DNA of 64,000 nucleotides from Octopus sinensis (GCF_006345805.1 NC_043006.1:94798001-94862000), one strand, 5' to 3'; counted from the first letter of the stretch, positions 24,501 through 37,940 are shown. Numbers and translations: made by a program. The notes: generated by a model not told the origin, from the sequence alone.

Positions 24501-24907
24501 CGAAACCGTTCTGCACGCACTCGTTCAGTGCCCGAGTATTGCTGAAATATGGGTTTATGTCGAACAGCTACTGTCACGTGTAGGACGGATCCGACTATCG
24601 GCCGAATCCATAGTGAAGATTGCCCGCCGACCTCCTTTAACAAGGAGGGCGAGGCCGTTTTCTTGTGCCTAGTGGTGTGGCGAAAGGGGTCGTGTGGTGG
24701 ACTCGTTTGAAAGGGCTAAAGACAGACACTTTCCTCTTTGGTCAAGGCCTCATCAACTTTTTCAAGTTTCACTTGAAAAGGAAGATGAGATTAGAGAGGA
24801 AAGTGCTGTCCGATAGCAAGTTTTATGAAAGGTGGGTTGAATTGTGCGAGACTGGCCTGTATAAATGGACCAGTTCTCAGGTTTCGCCTGTGATTTCAAA
24901 AATGTAA
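21503..24907 (+). pseudogene. Tx1-like ORF2 (APE, RT, C-terminal zinc finger), many frameshifts
   Basis: [71 protein letters not shown]...CPRC. Confidence 0.92.
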
Positions 24908-25244
24908 TACAAAAGGAGAAAAAAAGGGGACTCTCTACACCCCCTTTTTAGACCAGGCTCCCGTTGGCTTTTGTAGGGTTTTTTCCACCAGGAACCTTTC
25001 GAGACGTCTCCCCCTTTTGGGAGTTTTTCATTGTTTTAATAATCATTTGTTATAAAGTTTTTTACACGGATTTTTTAACAAACGGACAAAACCTTTGTAA
25101 CCTTTCGTCCTGTCTTGTCCCTTTATGTAATCATGCGTGTCAGCCCTTGTAGCCAATAAAAAAAAAAAGAATTATTATTATTATTATTATTATTATTATA
25201 ATTATTTTTATCATCAATCATCATCATCATCATCATCATTTTTA

Positions 25245-25661
25245 TGTGAGAGAGCAGTGCATAAAATCAAAGTGACACTGGGGTAAAACATACGAAGCCC
25301 AGTATAACCACCATGACTACCCGTCTGATAAGGGTACACTAGGCACATGCATCACAACTGGGGCCCAGTTAGAATTTTCTGCTGGTCAAGTAACCCATAC
25401 CGCTCAAAAGATTCCTGAATAAGGATTGTTTAAGGATGTTAAACGAACCACCCATGTTTCCAAAGGTGTGTTGTCCAAACCTCCAAGAATTCCTTTCAAC
25501 ACACGGCTGTGATGCTCCCCCACTACTTCTGCTCGTGATCAGAGATGCACATATCGTCAGTCACAAAGGAACATGGTCAACTGGTTAAGGTGAAACAACT
25601 GATAAGCAAATCTGTGGTATTGAGCAGAATATTTGCTGTAGACCATCTTTTATACCAAAAG
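25245..25661 (-). mobile_element. Non-coding (AAT)n-tailed retroelement piece, copy 1 (about 417 bp, internal deletion)
   Basis: Homologous to 51282-51829 and 51911-52250, with the same 3' end. Confidence 0.85.
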
Positions 25662-25715
<54 letters not shown>

Positions 25716-25718
<3 letters not shown>

Positions 25719-28700
25719 TAGTTTTATTTTTATTTTTATAGCGTGCTTTCACTTCACTACCGAGCGCAGCTCTGTGTGCCTTGGGTATGTGCTGTGATTT
25801 GTTGTGATGCTCTGATGGTTATTGTATGGAAAGTGTTCTGCATAGGATGTGTGCAGTGCCTAGTAGTGCAATTTTCTGTATGTTATATGTGTTTGTAAGT
25901 CCTGGTGTTTTTGTTATGTATTTGTCTGAATATTTTTTTATCATGCCTAATGCACCTACTATGATAGGAATCGTTTCTGTTTTCAGATTCCACATTCTAG
26001 TTACCTCTATTTCCAGGTCTTTGTATTTTGAGAGTTTCTCCATTTCGTTTAGAGACACGTTGTCATCTGCCGGTACTGATACATCAATTAGAAAGCATTT
26101 TTTTTCTTCATGGTCTCTGACAACTATATCTGGTCTGTTGGCCTTAATTTCTCTATCTGTGTGTATCGGCATATCCCAGAGTATGGTTGCTTTCTCGTTT
26201 TCTGTGACCTTTTCTGGTGTGTGCCTATACCATCTTTTTTCTGTTGTTATTCCATAATGTTGGCATAGCTTCCAATGTATGTAGGTTCCAACTCTGTCAT
26301 GTCTGTGAATATATTCCTTCTTAGCCAGGACTGGGCAGCTAGAGATAATATGATTTATTGTTTCTTGTCCATCTCCACATATTCTGCAGTTACTTGTAAT
26401 ATTTCTTTTCATTACATGTTTTTGGTAATTTCTGGTGGAGGCTTTGGTCTTGTGCTGCAATTAAAAATCCCTCTGTTTTTGCTTTGAGTCCTGAGCTTCT
26501 CAACCATTGCTGGGATTTTTCTTTGTCTATTTCTTTTGCGTTTAGTTTAGTCCAGTATTTACCATGAAGGGGCTTTTCTTGCCATCGTTTTATCATGGTT
26601 CATTGCTGTTCTATTTTTAGTTTGGATTTCATTTTTTTTTATAGCTTTTGTTGTTTCTTCATCTTCTTCTTCTTCTTCTTCTTCATGTTTATTAGGTGGT
26701 ATGATTTCTTGTTTGTATTTGTCAGCTTCCTTAAATACTGAGAACTGTTTTTTGTTTTGCTTGTGTTTTGCCGCTATCTGGATCAGTTTTCCTTCCTTCT
26801 GAAGTAGATATTTTTGCAGTCCTATGGTGGTTATTTTATAGTGGTTTTCCAGCTGTATAAGGCCTCTACCACCTTCTATACGTTGTATATATAGTCTTTC
26901 TATGTCAGATTTTGGGTGATGCATCCTAGATCCTGTCATTATTTTTCTTGTTTTCCTGTCTATTTTGGTCAGTTCATTTCGTGTCCAGTTAAGGATATTG
27001 TAGCTGTAACTTATAACTGGGACAGCTAAAGTGTTGATACCTATTATCTTGTTTTTAGCATTGAGCTCTGTGTTTAGTATTGATCTAACTCGTCTATAAT
27101 ATTCTTTTTTTATTTTCTCTTTCATTTGTGTGTGTTGTGTCTTATCTAGTTCATGGATTCCTAAGTATTTGTAAGTTTGGCTTTGGTCTAATTCTTTTAT
27201 TTCATTTGCTTCATCTAGTGTGATGTTGTTACTCTTAACTAGTTTTCCTCTTTTCATGGTTACTTTGGCGCATTTTTCTAATCCAAATTTCATATCTATT
27301 TCTTGGTAAATCCATGAACTGTCTTTAATAGTGTTTCCAGCTGTTTGTCATTTGCAGCGTATAGTTTTAGGTCATCCATATATAAAAGGTGGCTGATCGT
27401 TTTGCCGTAACATTTATATCCGCATCCAGTTCTATTTAGCATATCAGATAGAGGTGACAGTGCCAAGCAGAAAAGGAGTGGAGAGAGCGTATCTCCCTGG
27501 AATATTCCTCTTCTAATGGGGATGTCTTTGGTTTTCATGAGTCCCTCTTTTGTTTGGAGGTGCAGGACTGTTTGCCATTTATTCATAGAGTGCTCTATGA
27601 ATTTTATGATTGTTGGTGCTACTTTGTTAATGGCTAGTGTTTCGAGGATCCATGTGTGGGGGATGCTATCAAACGCCTTTTTGTAGTCAATCCAGGCCAT
27701 ACTGAGGCCTTTCTTCTTTCTGTGGCTGTCTTCAGTTATGGCTTTATTAATCATTAGTTGATCTTTACAGCCATATGAGCCTTTGCGGCATCCTTTCTGC
27801 TCTTCTGGGAACAGTTTGTTTTCGTCCAGGTGCTTGTTCACCCTTTGTGATATCACTGCAGTAAATGCCTTGAACATAGTAGGGAGGCAGGTTATTGGTC
27901 TGTAGTTTTCTGGTTTTTCTGTTTCATTTGATTTGGGAATTAAGATGGTTTTCCCCTTCGTGAGCCATTCAGGCATTGTCTCTGGCTCTGCTAGTACGTT
28001 GTTAAATTTTCAGCCAGCTTTTTGTGCATTCCTGTTAGATATTTCAACCAGAAGTTGGGGATCTTGTCATGCCCAGGTGCCTTCCAGTTGCTTAGTCTTT
28101 GCAGTGCCTGGGTGACCTCTTCAGTTGTTATGGGGGTCCAAATTTGTTCAGATGCCGAGTTTGTTATTTTGATACTCCTTTTATTTGGTGGTTCGTTCGC
28201 CGACCATATTTCTCCCCAGAATTCTTCCAATTCTTCTGCCGTTGGTGCTGCAGTGACTTCTATTTTATTTTTGCCCAGTTCTTGGTAGAACTTTTTGGGG
28301 TTGGAGTTGAACTTTTTGTTTTCTTCAAAGAAGCGTTGGCGTTTCTTGTACCGGCGGATCCTTTGTGCTTTAGCAAGGATATCTTGCTTCAGCTTTTCTT
28401 TTATTTCAGGCAAATCTTTTTCTGTGATGTTATATTTGCGGAGTATTTTTGTTCTCTTTTTGTTGCTCAGTAGCGTTGTTTGTTTGCTGATTTCATTAAG
28501 AATCGACAGGTCTTTTCTATTTTTTTTTATTTTGCTTTGGATGTTATTTATCCACAGGGTTTGTTTGGGTGGTGGTACTCCTGTTTGGGCGGGTTTGGGT
28601 GAGTATCCAGCTTCTTTTGTGGCTGCAGTGGCTGCTGCGTATATTAGGTTATTTAGCTCAGTGATATCACTTTTTTTTGATTCAGTGGCTATCAGTTCAG

Positions 28701-28810
28701 TGACGGCTAGGTTTATGCTGTTTATAATAGGTGTTGTTATTTTGTTTATTTTGATTCTTGGGAGGTATGGTCGGTGGTCCATTGTGAGCTCTGTGGTTTT
28801 CAGTTCTTTG
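25716..28810 (-). mobile_element. 5'-truncated R4/Dong-type non-LTR retrotransposon in an (ATT)n array
   Basis: RT, zinc finger, RLE and a 100-bp 3' UTR; both ends abut (ATT)n. Confidence 0.92.
25819..28782 (-). pseudogene. R4/Dong ORF (RT plus CCHC plus restriction-like endonuclease), frameshifted
   Basis: WKAPGHD, YRPITCL, EQKG, WIDYKKAFDS, GIFQGDTLSPLLF, LLYMDD, RLYIQRIEGGRGL, CRIC...HIISSC...RHD, NRPDIV, IDVSVP, KYKDL. Confidence 0.93.
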
Positions 28811-28900
<90 letters not shown>

Positions 28901-28908
28901 TATTATTA

Positions 28909-28960
<52 letters not shown>

Positions 28961-29090
28961 ATTATTCAGTAGTTTTATTTTTATAGCGGGCTTTCACTTC
29001 ACTACCGAGCGCAGGTCTGTGTGCCTTGGGTATGTGTTGTGATTTTTTGTGGTGCTCTGATGGTTACTCTATTGAAAGTGTTTTGCGTAA

Positions 29091-29169
<79 letters not shown>

Positions 29170-29195
29170 GTTATTGTTATTATTATTATTATAAT
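28811..29195. repeat. (ATT)n array interrupted by a short Dong 3' end
   Basis: Directly visible. Confidence 0.95.
28967..29089 (-). mobile_element. Extremely 5'-truncated R4/Dong copy (last about 120 bp)
   Basis: Matches 25716-25840 with a few substitutions. Confidence 0.9.
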
Positions 29196-29199
29196 TGGC

Positions 29200-29280
29200 G
29201 TGTTGGCAGAATCTTAAGCCCGCCGGTCAAAATGCTTCCCGGTATTTTGTCCGCCTTCACGTTGGGAGTTGCTTTTCAGT
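29200..29280 (+). mobile_element. SINE family B head fragment
   Basis: ttggcagaatcttaagcccgccggtcaaaatgctt...ggtattttgtccgcc. Confidence 0.6.
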
Positions 29281-30730
29281 GCTTTTGGTATTGATAAAAT
29301 AAATACCAATTGATCACTGAAGTCAATATAATTGACTATTCTCTTCCCTCAAATTTACTGGCCTCGTGATAAAATTAGAAATGATTATTATTATCATTAT
29401 TATTTGTGCTATATTTCTTGTTATGTTGCTGTTGTTGGTGATGATGTCCATGATGATGTTGTGATTTCTTGTTCACATCAAATCTTTCTATTATTTCTTA
29501 ATTCACACAAACAAGAAAAAGTTTTGGAATACAAAATTGTCTCTTTTTTTCTTTTTTTTTGTGAGATTAGAAAACATTTAAGAAAAACATTTTTTAAAAA
29601 ATTACTGGGATTAATTTTTACACATTCGCAGAAAATATATGACAGGAAATGTATCGAGAAAGTTCTACTTGTAATTCCCAACAGGAATATGTTCAAAAAT
29701 TAATCCAGCTTCCATCATGCAACTTTTTCTGTTTTTCTGAGACAAAACCAGACTTCAATATGATTGCTATATTTTTGACAATGGAGTATGATTCGATGAA
29801 TTACTAACCACTGTTTGTAGCTGGCGGAGATAACTGCCAAGAGTTTCCTTGTTCTGGAACAGGTTGAGGCATGCATACAAACAGGAGTTTTAAACAGTAC
29901 ACAGCTCGTAACCAACACCACCATTGTATATTTCTCAGATCAGCAAAATAACTCGCATTTATATGGCTGTTTCGGTACTTATCGTATAAATCTTTAGAAA
30001 GAGTTAAATGTTTTAATCTACGCAGAAACGAAACGAACTTTTATCAGATATACACCTGTCTCAAACGCTTAAATTTTCACGGCACATTATTTATTTATCA
30101 AAAAATGTATTATTAATATCATGCAATACGTAATGGGATTCGTAAAGGAATAGCATTTTTGGTATTCAGTGAGGTAATTCTTGTATTATTGTACTTTTAA
30201 CGGTGAATGAGATAATAGATGGTCAGAAACCAAAAAATAATCGAGTCTTTGTTAGTAGAGCACCGGTTTTCTCGATAACTTACATAGGTTTGTCGTTTGA
30301 AGGAGATGGGATCCTGTTCTTTGATTGTTTGGGGATTATGTTAAAGAGAGCAGCGCATGGTGAGGAAAAAACTGTTGCAGTGAATTTATATGTTTTGATC
30401 CTGAAATGTTTAGGGAATATATATTACGTTGTACGAGAAGTGGATGAATGTCGAATCTAATGTTAAGGTGACTTTAACAAGGCTGGTGCTATATTCTCCG
30501 TATGGTTCAAATGATGTACCGTTCACAGCGGCACTGGCGAGAATAAAGATTTAATGGTTTAAGTTGATTCAAGTAATCAAACCAGCTAAAACCTATAACT
30601 ATATACCTCACAAAAAGTTACATACAAGCACGCGCGCGTGCACACACACACACACACATACACGCATACATGTTGGCACACACATATATGCATCCATATG
30701 TATCTGCGTGGGCATGAATTTATGTGGGTG

Positions 30731-30778
<48 letters not shown>

Positions 30779-30779
<1 letters not shown>

Positions 30780-31115
30780 CTTTATATATATAAAACTGAG
30801 TATGTGTGTCTGTCTGTCTGTGTGTTTCCCTAAAACTTGAGAACTACACAACCAATTTCATTCAAATTCTACACATGTCTTACTTAGGGCCGCGGAGTAT
30901 CATCGGCAAAAAAATTTGAACTTTTTGCCCAGGGCGAGCCCACAGCAATATCATATCTTCTCCACTACGATTCCCTAAAACTTGAGAACTACACAACCAA
31001 TTCCATTCAAATTTTACACATGCCTTACTTAGGGTCCATGTAGTTTCATGGGCAAAAATAATGCTCAACTTCTTGCCTAGAGCGAGCCCATGGCAATATC
31101 ATATCTTCTCCACTA
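30779..31115 (+). mobile_element. Helitron-like non-autonomous element 5' part with two 145-bp tandem units
   Basis: a|TC-tttatatataaaactg start like 61763; units 30826-30970 and 30971-31115; no 3' CTAG found. Confidence 0.6.
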
Positions 31116-31214
31116 TTTCAGTATTACGTGTTAAAAGTGAAACAAAAACGTTTCTCTATTTTATGTCAGATACTTTCACTTTAACAATATAAATAATAAC
31201 AACAATTGAATTAT

Positions 31215-31464
31215 ATGCTCACTCACCTTTAACTGTCAGTATTGTGTCTGTTTGTCCAATATAGAGTTTACCAATATAGAGGCGCAGGTGAAATTTGATT
31301 TGTTCTTAAATATTTCTCCTTGTTTGAACTGGAATTCTGAACCCTCCAGAAGTTGGGGGCATGTTCCACAGATCGAACTTCTACATTTTGTCACTTTTTG
31401 CTCAGTAGTTAGTGGGTAAAGTCTAGCGATAGTTAATATTCTTTTCAGTGACTTCGGTTGCTTT
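31215..31464 (-). mobile_element. Penelope-like RT/EN linker and GIY-YIG start, with internal deletions
   Basis: KQPKSLKRILT...VTKCRSSICGTC...KSNFTCAS. Confidence 0.8.
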
Positions 31465-31892
31465 TGACAAAATGTGGACGTTCTAACTGTGGAACATGCC
31501 CCCACCATCTGGAACGTTCAGAATTCCAATTCAAACAAGGAGAAATATTTAAGATCAAGTCAAATTTCACCTGTGCCTCAGCAAATGTAATCTATGCCAT
31601 GACATGCATAGGATGTGGTAAACACTATATTGGACAAACAAGAATTTCGTTCCGTCAAAGAATCACCATTCACAAAGAGCAAATCCGTCACCCACAATAC
31701 AGACAGTTAAAGGTGAGTGAACACATAGAAAGATGTGCCAGGAATCTTAATCCCAATTTCCAAATATTTCCCTTTAACCAAAGCTCACAGAACACCACAA
31801 TGCAACAAAGGTTGAATAAAGAGGCGTTTTTCATCAACAAATTTCTCCCCCAACTAAATATGAACACACAACTCAATACAGAACACCACTAA
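31465..31892 (+). pseudogene. Penelope-like GIY-YIG endonuclease C-terminal fragment
   Basis: CGRSNCGTC, FTCASANVIYAMTCIGCGKHYIGQT, R..H, SEH, FQIFP, R..KE.FFI.KF.PQLN. Confidence 0.9.
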
Positions 31893-32297
31893 CTCTTCTA
31901 TTGAAACCACTAAACCCTATACATCTCTAAATCCAGAACTACTTACCTCCTTTACAAATAATCCAGAACTACTTACCTCCCTTACAAATAATCTTTTTTC
32001 TCAGGAACTATTAGACCTGACACCGTATATTAACCGGTGTTGTTCAAACGATGAATAGCTTCGTGTAAACTATTGGTTCATTTTGTTCTCTTACTTTATT
32101 ATCATCTTATAATCATGTCATAATAATGACCTTTACGACTCGTATTACTACCTCAGTCAATCTAAATGTATATATTTGTCGCTACCTGTCATAAATAGCC
32201 TTTATCTATTTGCAACATGCATTTTCGTTGATTTTTCATATTTTACCCTTACATTTCCACGTGTATTTTATATTTTCTTTTCGTAACATATTTCTAC

Positions 32298-32411
<114 letters not shown>

Positions 32412-32648
32412 ATATATATATATATATATTTATGTATGTATGTATTTATGTTTGTATGTATGTATGTATCTATAAATGTATATGCATGTGCGTATTTTAT
32501 CTACATACAAATACAGATAGATGGATGGATAGATAGGTAGACTGAGAGGTAGATAGATAGATAGATATACCGAGCTATGCATCTATAGAAAGACACAGAT
32601 ATATATATTTGGCGAGAGATATACGGAAAGATAATGGATGTATATATA

Positions 32649-32731
<83 letters not shown>

Positions 32732-33459
32732 TATATATTGTATGTTATGTTATAAATACTTTTTCAACCGAATGAAGAATTCGACAAGTATGAAATATAT
32801 CAATGACTAAGCACTATGAAAAGTCGGCGAGATTATTTCTATTAAAATGTGCATTTCTTCTGCACGTATTGTATCTCTGTTAAGCATAATGCAGTCAAAC
32901 AATTCATTTATTTCGTAATCTTTCTTCTCATAGAATTTAAAATCAAATCTTCAAGTTAATAACATCTTCGACATCGGAAACCTGTACCACTCAATAGTAA
33001 CTATTTAAGATAATTAAACTGGCGTCACGAAATTAATTAATATTAGAAATTAATGTCAAAAACAAAATTCTATTGAATGACTGATTTTGAATTAAGCAAA
33101 CTCGGTTACATCTATGAGAAATTCATTCATACTGCTTAATAAAATAAAAATATTTTTGTTAGTGCATAGCTCTAGTTCTGTCATCATAAAATGTACTCAT
33201 GATTAAGTATATTCTAAGGCCCTTTAATATTGCTATGTTCCCAGTCTACAATGTATCCTTCATATTAAAATGTTGGAATTAGATATTCATTCTCGCAGGT
33301 TGAGTGTCACGAAAAGGCTCCCTCGTTGGCTTGACATAATTATCAACTTGTATATCGTCACGCTGAAAGAAACTTGAAAATTTCCTCTCGGGCACAGAAA
33401 TTTAAAGTACATTTTATCAGGTGAGTTAACTACAACAATATTGTAGTCTGTTTTTTAAA

Positions 33460-33600
33460 TTTCGCCGAGGTCGACTTTGCCTTTCATCTTTTCGGGATCG
33501 ATTAAATAAGTCCCAGTTGCGCAATGTGGTCGACGTAATCCACTTAATCCCTTTGTCTGTCCTTGTTTTTGCCCCTGTGGGCAATAAATAAATAAATATT
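33460..33600 (+). mobile_element. SINE family B, partial
   Basis: gccgaggtcgactttgcctttcatcttttcgggatcgattaaataag. Confidence 0.85.
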
Positions 33601-34347
33601 GTAGTCTGTTTATGATTCCTCAGTGAGAAAGGCTCTACTCAACCAATGGACAGGGTTATCTGGATCAGTGAAGAGATATTGTTAAAAGTAGGAAAAATAA
33701 TACCACAAATTTATTGCATGCAATTTTTAAGAATTTACGAAATGAGAAAAGCAAAGAAAATTGGTGTGGAATAATAACGTGACTGTAGAATATTCAGTGA
33801 TCTGTTGATGTATGGGAATAACATTTTGTTTGGCTGCATAATTTAATTTACCAAAATTTATTTGAATTGTAGAAATCACGTCAATGGCCACTTGAATTAT
33901 TTCTTTACACATCTGTTTTATAATTATCCAAAATAATGTTGCCTAAATTCTACCCAAACATTTTTCATTGAATAGGCAGTCTTTACAAAACATAAATACC
34001 TGATGAGATACAAAACAGCAAAATATGTCGGTGGCTTCCATTTTGCTCACATGCAAAGATCAAATATTTCTAAGCAAGGGGATCTATTTCGCAATGTTTC
34101 TTAAAACTATGTAACTTAAAAGTTCTCCCCTGTTCCCTAAAAATCCTGTGAACTGTTAAATCTATAAGAATTGTTTGCATGTATCGTTGAATAGATCACT
34201 ACGTGCCGGAAATATATAAATCCACATAACAGCGACACGTGATTTAAAGACTGGAATGAAACGTACCGGTACCTGTTCGGACGCTAAATATGTTTGACTT
34301 CATATTTAGCTTCATTGGATGATAGTACTGTTTGGCACTGGAAGAAA

Positions 34348-34378
<31 letters not shown>

Positions 34379-34390
34379 CATACACACACA

Positions 34391-34428
<38 letters not shown>

Positions 34429-34954
34429 CACTAGCACGCAGAGATGTACGCAGGCCGATACAAAAAGTGAAAGCAAGGGAGACAGACGTCACAATTTATT
34501 AATTGAACGAGACTGATGTAACTAGTTTGCCATTTTTGATTCACATAAATAGAAATATGCTGACAGAGATAAACACAGAGATAAAGAGAGAGAGGGACAG
34601 AAAGAGAGAGAGAGAGGGGGGAGCGAGAGAAAAAGGGAGAAGGGGCGAGAGAAAGAGATAGAGGAGAGAAGCAAGAGTAAGAGGGGGAGGAGGGGAGATA
34701 AAGAGAGAGAGTGGGAGAGGGAAAGAGAGAAGGAGAGAAAGAGAGGAGAGAGAGAAACATTAAAAAGCCTGTTGTCAATTAAGTTAATGTTGAATTAAGG
34801 ACTCCAAAGAAAAGCGCCGAAACGTTCTGACCCAAACAGTTCGCACTCCTTAAATCCCTAAGTACACCCCATCATAGATTGTGAATCAATTTTTTTTTAA
34901 AAGATGTAGGTTTTAATATTAGATTTGATTCACCCCATTAATATGGTGGCAGTC

Positions 34955-35175
34955 AGGCGGTGAGCTGGCAGAACCGTTACCGCACTGGAAAATCAATATT
35001 GAGCAGCATTTTCTCCGCCTTAACGTTCTGAGTTCAAATACCGCCCAGGCTGGCTTTACCTTTCATCCTTTTGAGGTCGATAAAATAAGTCGCAGTCGAG
35101 TACAAGGTTCGATGTCATCGACGCACACTTTCCCTGAAATTGCTGGCCCTGTGCCATAATTTGAAACCAATATGG
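34955..35175 (+). mobile_element. SINE family B, near full length
   Basis: ggcggtgagctggcagaaccgttacc...gttctgagttcaaataccgcc...ttcatccttttgaggtcgataaaataag. Confidence 0.85.
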
Positions 35176-36856
35176 TGGTTGTAAATTAAGTTTTGTTCAC
35201 CAAATAGGAAATACTTTGTCAGCACGTGTAAAGTCAATTTGACAGAGTTCATTTTCCTCCAAAGCAAACACACTTGAAATGCTTAACAGAATGCACCATT
35301 AATACTTTACCAAACACTCAGAGACAAACACTCGCCAGTATTCTAGTACTCCTGTAGTGTTTAAATGCTGCCACCTATTGAGAAATCGTTGAAGTACGCC
35401 GATTGCGATGTAAGTAATACGGTCATGACAATAAGGCAACCTTTATGACGAAATGCTAATTATCAAATCTTGAGCGGCTTTCTCCCCATCCACACCATCT
35501 AATTAACGAGATACTTGTGTATGCTTGCATGCACCTGTGTTTGAATGTATATGTGTGTAGGTCGGTGGATATATCTGTGTGTGTGTGTGTAGAGTGGAAA
35601 CCCTAAATAGTTCACAACAATACGTCTTTTGTTGAAAGTTTATACTGTATTATATTCAAGTAATTATATTTTCATTTAAATCATTCCAAAATTCTCTCTC
35701 TCCTCTTTCTTTCTCAATCTCTCTCACATACAAATGCACGAACGACAGATATACATAAAAGCACACAGACAAAGACATGCGTGTATATATATTCATAAAT
35801 TTATATCAATTTACAAAGGCAGAAGTCCCTATACGTATGCATCCGCTCACCTAAACAAACGCACATTTTTAACGACACACAACGATATACGTTCGTATCA
35901 ACTGAATATATATATACAAACATATACACTTAGTTCCATATATATATAATGTACTCTCGTCATTATCTAAGTATTTCAACTTAACCCATGAAAGAATGGT
36001 AAACAAAAACGAAAAACGAAACCACTATACCTAAATGTATATCCTCAGTTCGGCACTTGTAAAACCACTAGAAATATAGAAATATTATGGTAAATTTCCT
36101 ATCCTGCTTACTAGACGCACGCACGCCAACATGCGCCCGCAGAACAGCACTCACACCCGCAAACACTCACACAAACATCCATACACACATAATCTATCAC
36201 ACGGAAACAAGTTTCTTCATACAGATTCTCTCTAATATACGACGGCCCCCCACCATGGCACCACCACCACCACTTTACTAATAATAATTAACACATTAAG
36301 GCAGAAACACTTGGCTATATGCATTTACATTCTGTAAATGATTTGTATGTTACTCTATTGTATAACTATTTGCTCCATGACAATTGTGAACCTCTTGATT
36401 GAAACTAAAATCTGACATTATCATTTCAAGTAACAATTGAATAAGAGCGGCGATTGTCTGAGCCTTAACATGGATTTCAATCTGGCATCCGGCCATTTTG
36501 ATTGCTTTCACTTGTCTTTGTCAGTGTTTGTCTCTTTGTCTTCTCATTTCTTTGTTTATATTCCATCGCTGTAAATTCTTCAGCTACCGCGAATCTAAAT
36601 GCAAACACAAGCACCAGCACCCACGCACCCACCCAAATACACGTACACTAACAAACACCTCTCTCTCCTTCTCTCTCTCTTTCTCTCACTCTCTCTATTT
36701 CTCTTTCTCTTTCACTCTCTCTCTCTCTTTCTCTTTCAATCTATCTCTCTCTCTCCCTCTCGCTTTGTCTTTAAATTTCTTCCCCGCTGTTTCTCTCTTT
36801 CCTAGCATTTTATAAGTAGTTTCTGCTTCAAAATATTCGATTGCTTAAGATTTACG

Positions 36857-36924
<68 letters not shown>

Positions 36925-37532
36925 ATTTCTATCTATCTATCTATCTATCTGTGTGTGTGTATGTGTGTATGTGAGTGTTAAATGCGTGAGTCTATGTACA
37001 TGTATACATACACAACTAGAAGCATATAAGACCGCATATGTACATAGACAGACAAAAACACAACCCAAATAAGCACACGGAGGTCATATACATATATGTG
37101 TGTATGTGTGTGAGTGTGTGTGTGTGTTTGTGTGCATGTGTATGTATGTATATGTATAGCCACTACACATTCTTTATTTTCTCTCCTTTCTGTGGAAGAG
37201 CGTAGGCTGGAAATGTTAAAGACATTTTCACTTCTGGGGCGTTATACTAACATATCTGTTTGTTGTCTACACCAGATGTCTTCGTCTTTTGTTTTTTTAT
37301 GAATTCTCCCTATATATGTGGGATTGCGTGGCGTAGTGGTTGGGTTATTCATCTCAGGATTTTAAAACTATGGTTCTGACTCATGAACCGGAAGAAGCAT
37401 TATTTTCTTCGGCAAAACATTTTGTTTCACGTTGCTCCTGTCCATTCGTTCTGCGACGGACCAACGTCTCGTTTGAAGTCTTATGTGCCTAAATCGAGAA
37501 GGACCTTTCCTCTTTTTTTTATGCATACAAAC

Positions 37533-37608
<76 letters not shown>

Positions 37609-37659
37609 CTCTATATATATGCGCGCGCGCGTTATATGTGTGCGTGTGTGTTTGTGTGT

Positions 37660-37940
37660 AACCCACACTCCGTCGGTAACACGACTAGGGTGCCAGTTGA
37701 TCCAAATCAACGGAACAGCTTGCTCGTAAAATTAGCGAGCTACTGATTGAGCACGCCACAGACACGTGTGCCCTTAACGTAGTTCAGCATTCAATAGAAT
37801 GTGACAAGATTGGCCCCCTTTGAAATACAGGTACTACTCATTTTTCCCAGCTGAGTGGGACTAGAGCAACATAAAATAAAGTGTCTTGTCCAAGGACACA
37901 ACACGTTGCCGGGAATTGAACCCACGGCCTTAAGAGCGTG
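37660..37940 (-). mobile_element. tRNA-derived SINE (further family); a related fragment lies at about 37320-37450 (+)
   Basis: gtgggttcaattcccggc (B box), tgtgtccttggacaagacacttt. Confidence 0.65.

Larger units (their letters stand above)
19375..25170 (+). mobile_element. Near full-length decayed Tx1/L1-clade LINE between (ATT)n tracts (5' boundary uncertain)
   Basis: ORF1, 43-nt pyrimidine spacer, ORF2 and 3' UTR ending in AATAAA plus poly(A) at 25155-25170. Confidence 0.88.

Noticed and set aside
25660-29195. Repeat-spacer alternation superficially like a CRISPR array
   Set aside because: The repeats are (ATT)n microsatellites, the spacers are retroelements, and there are no cas genes in a eukaryotic context
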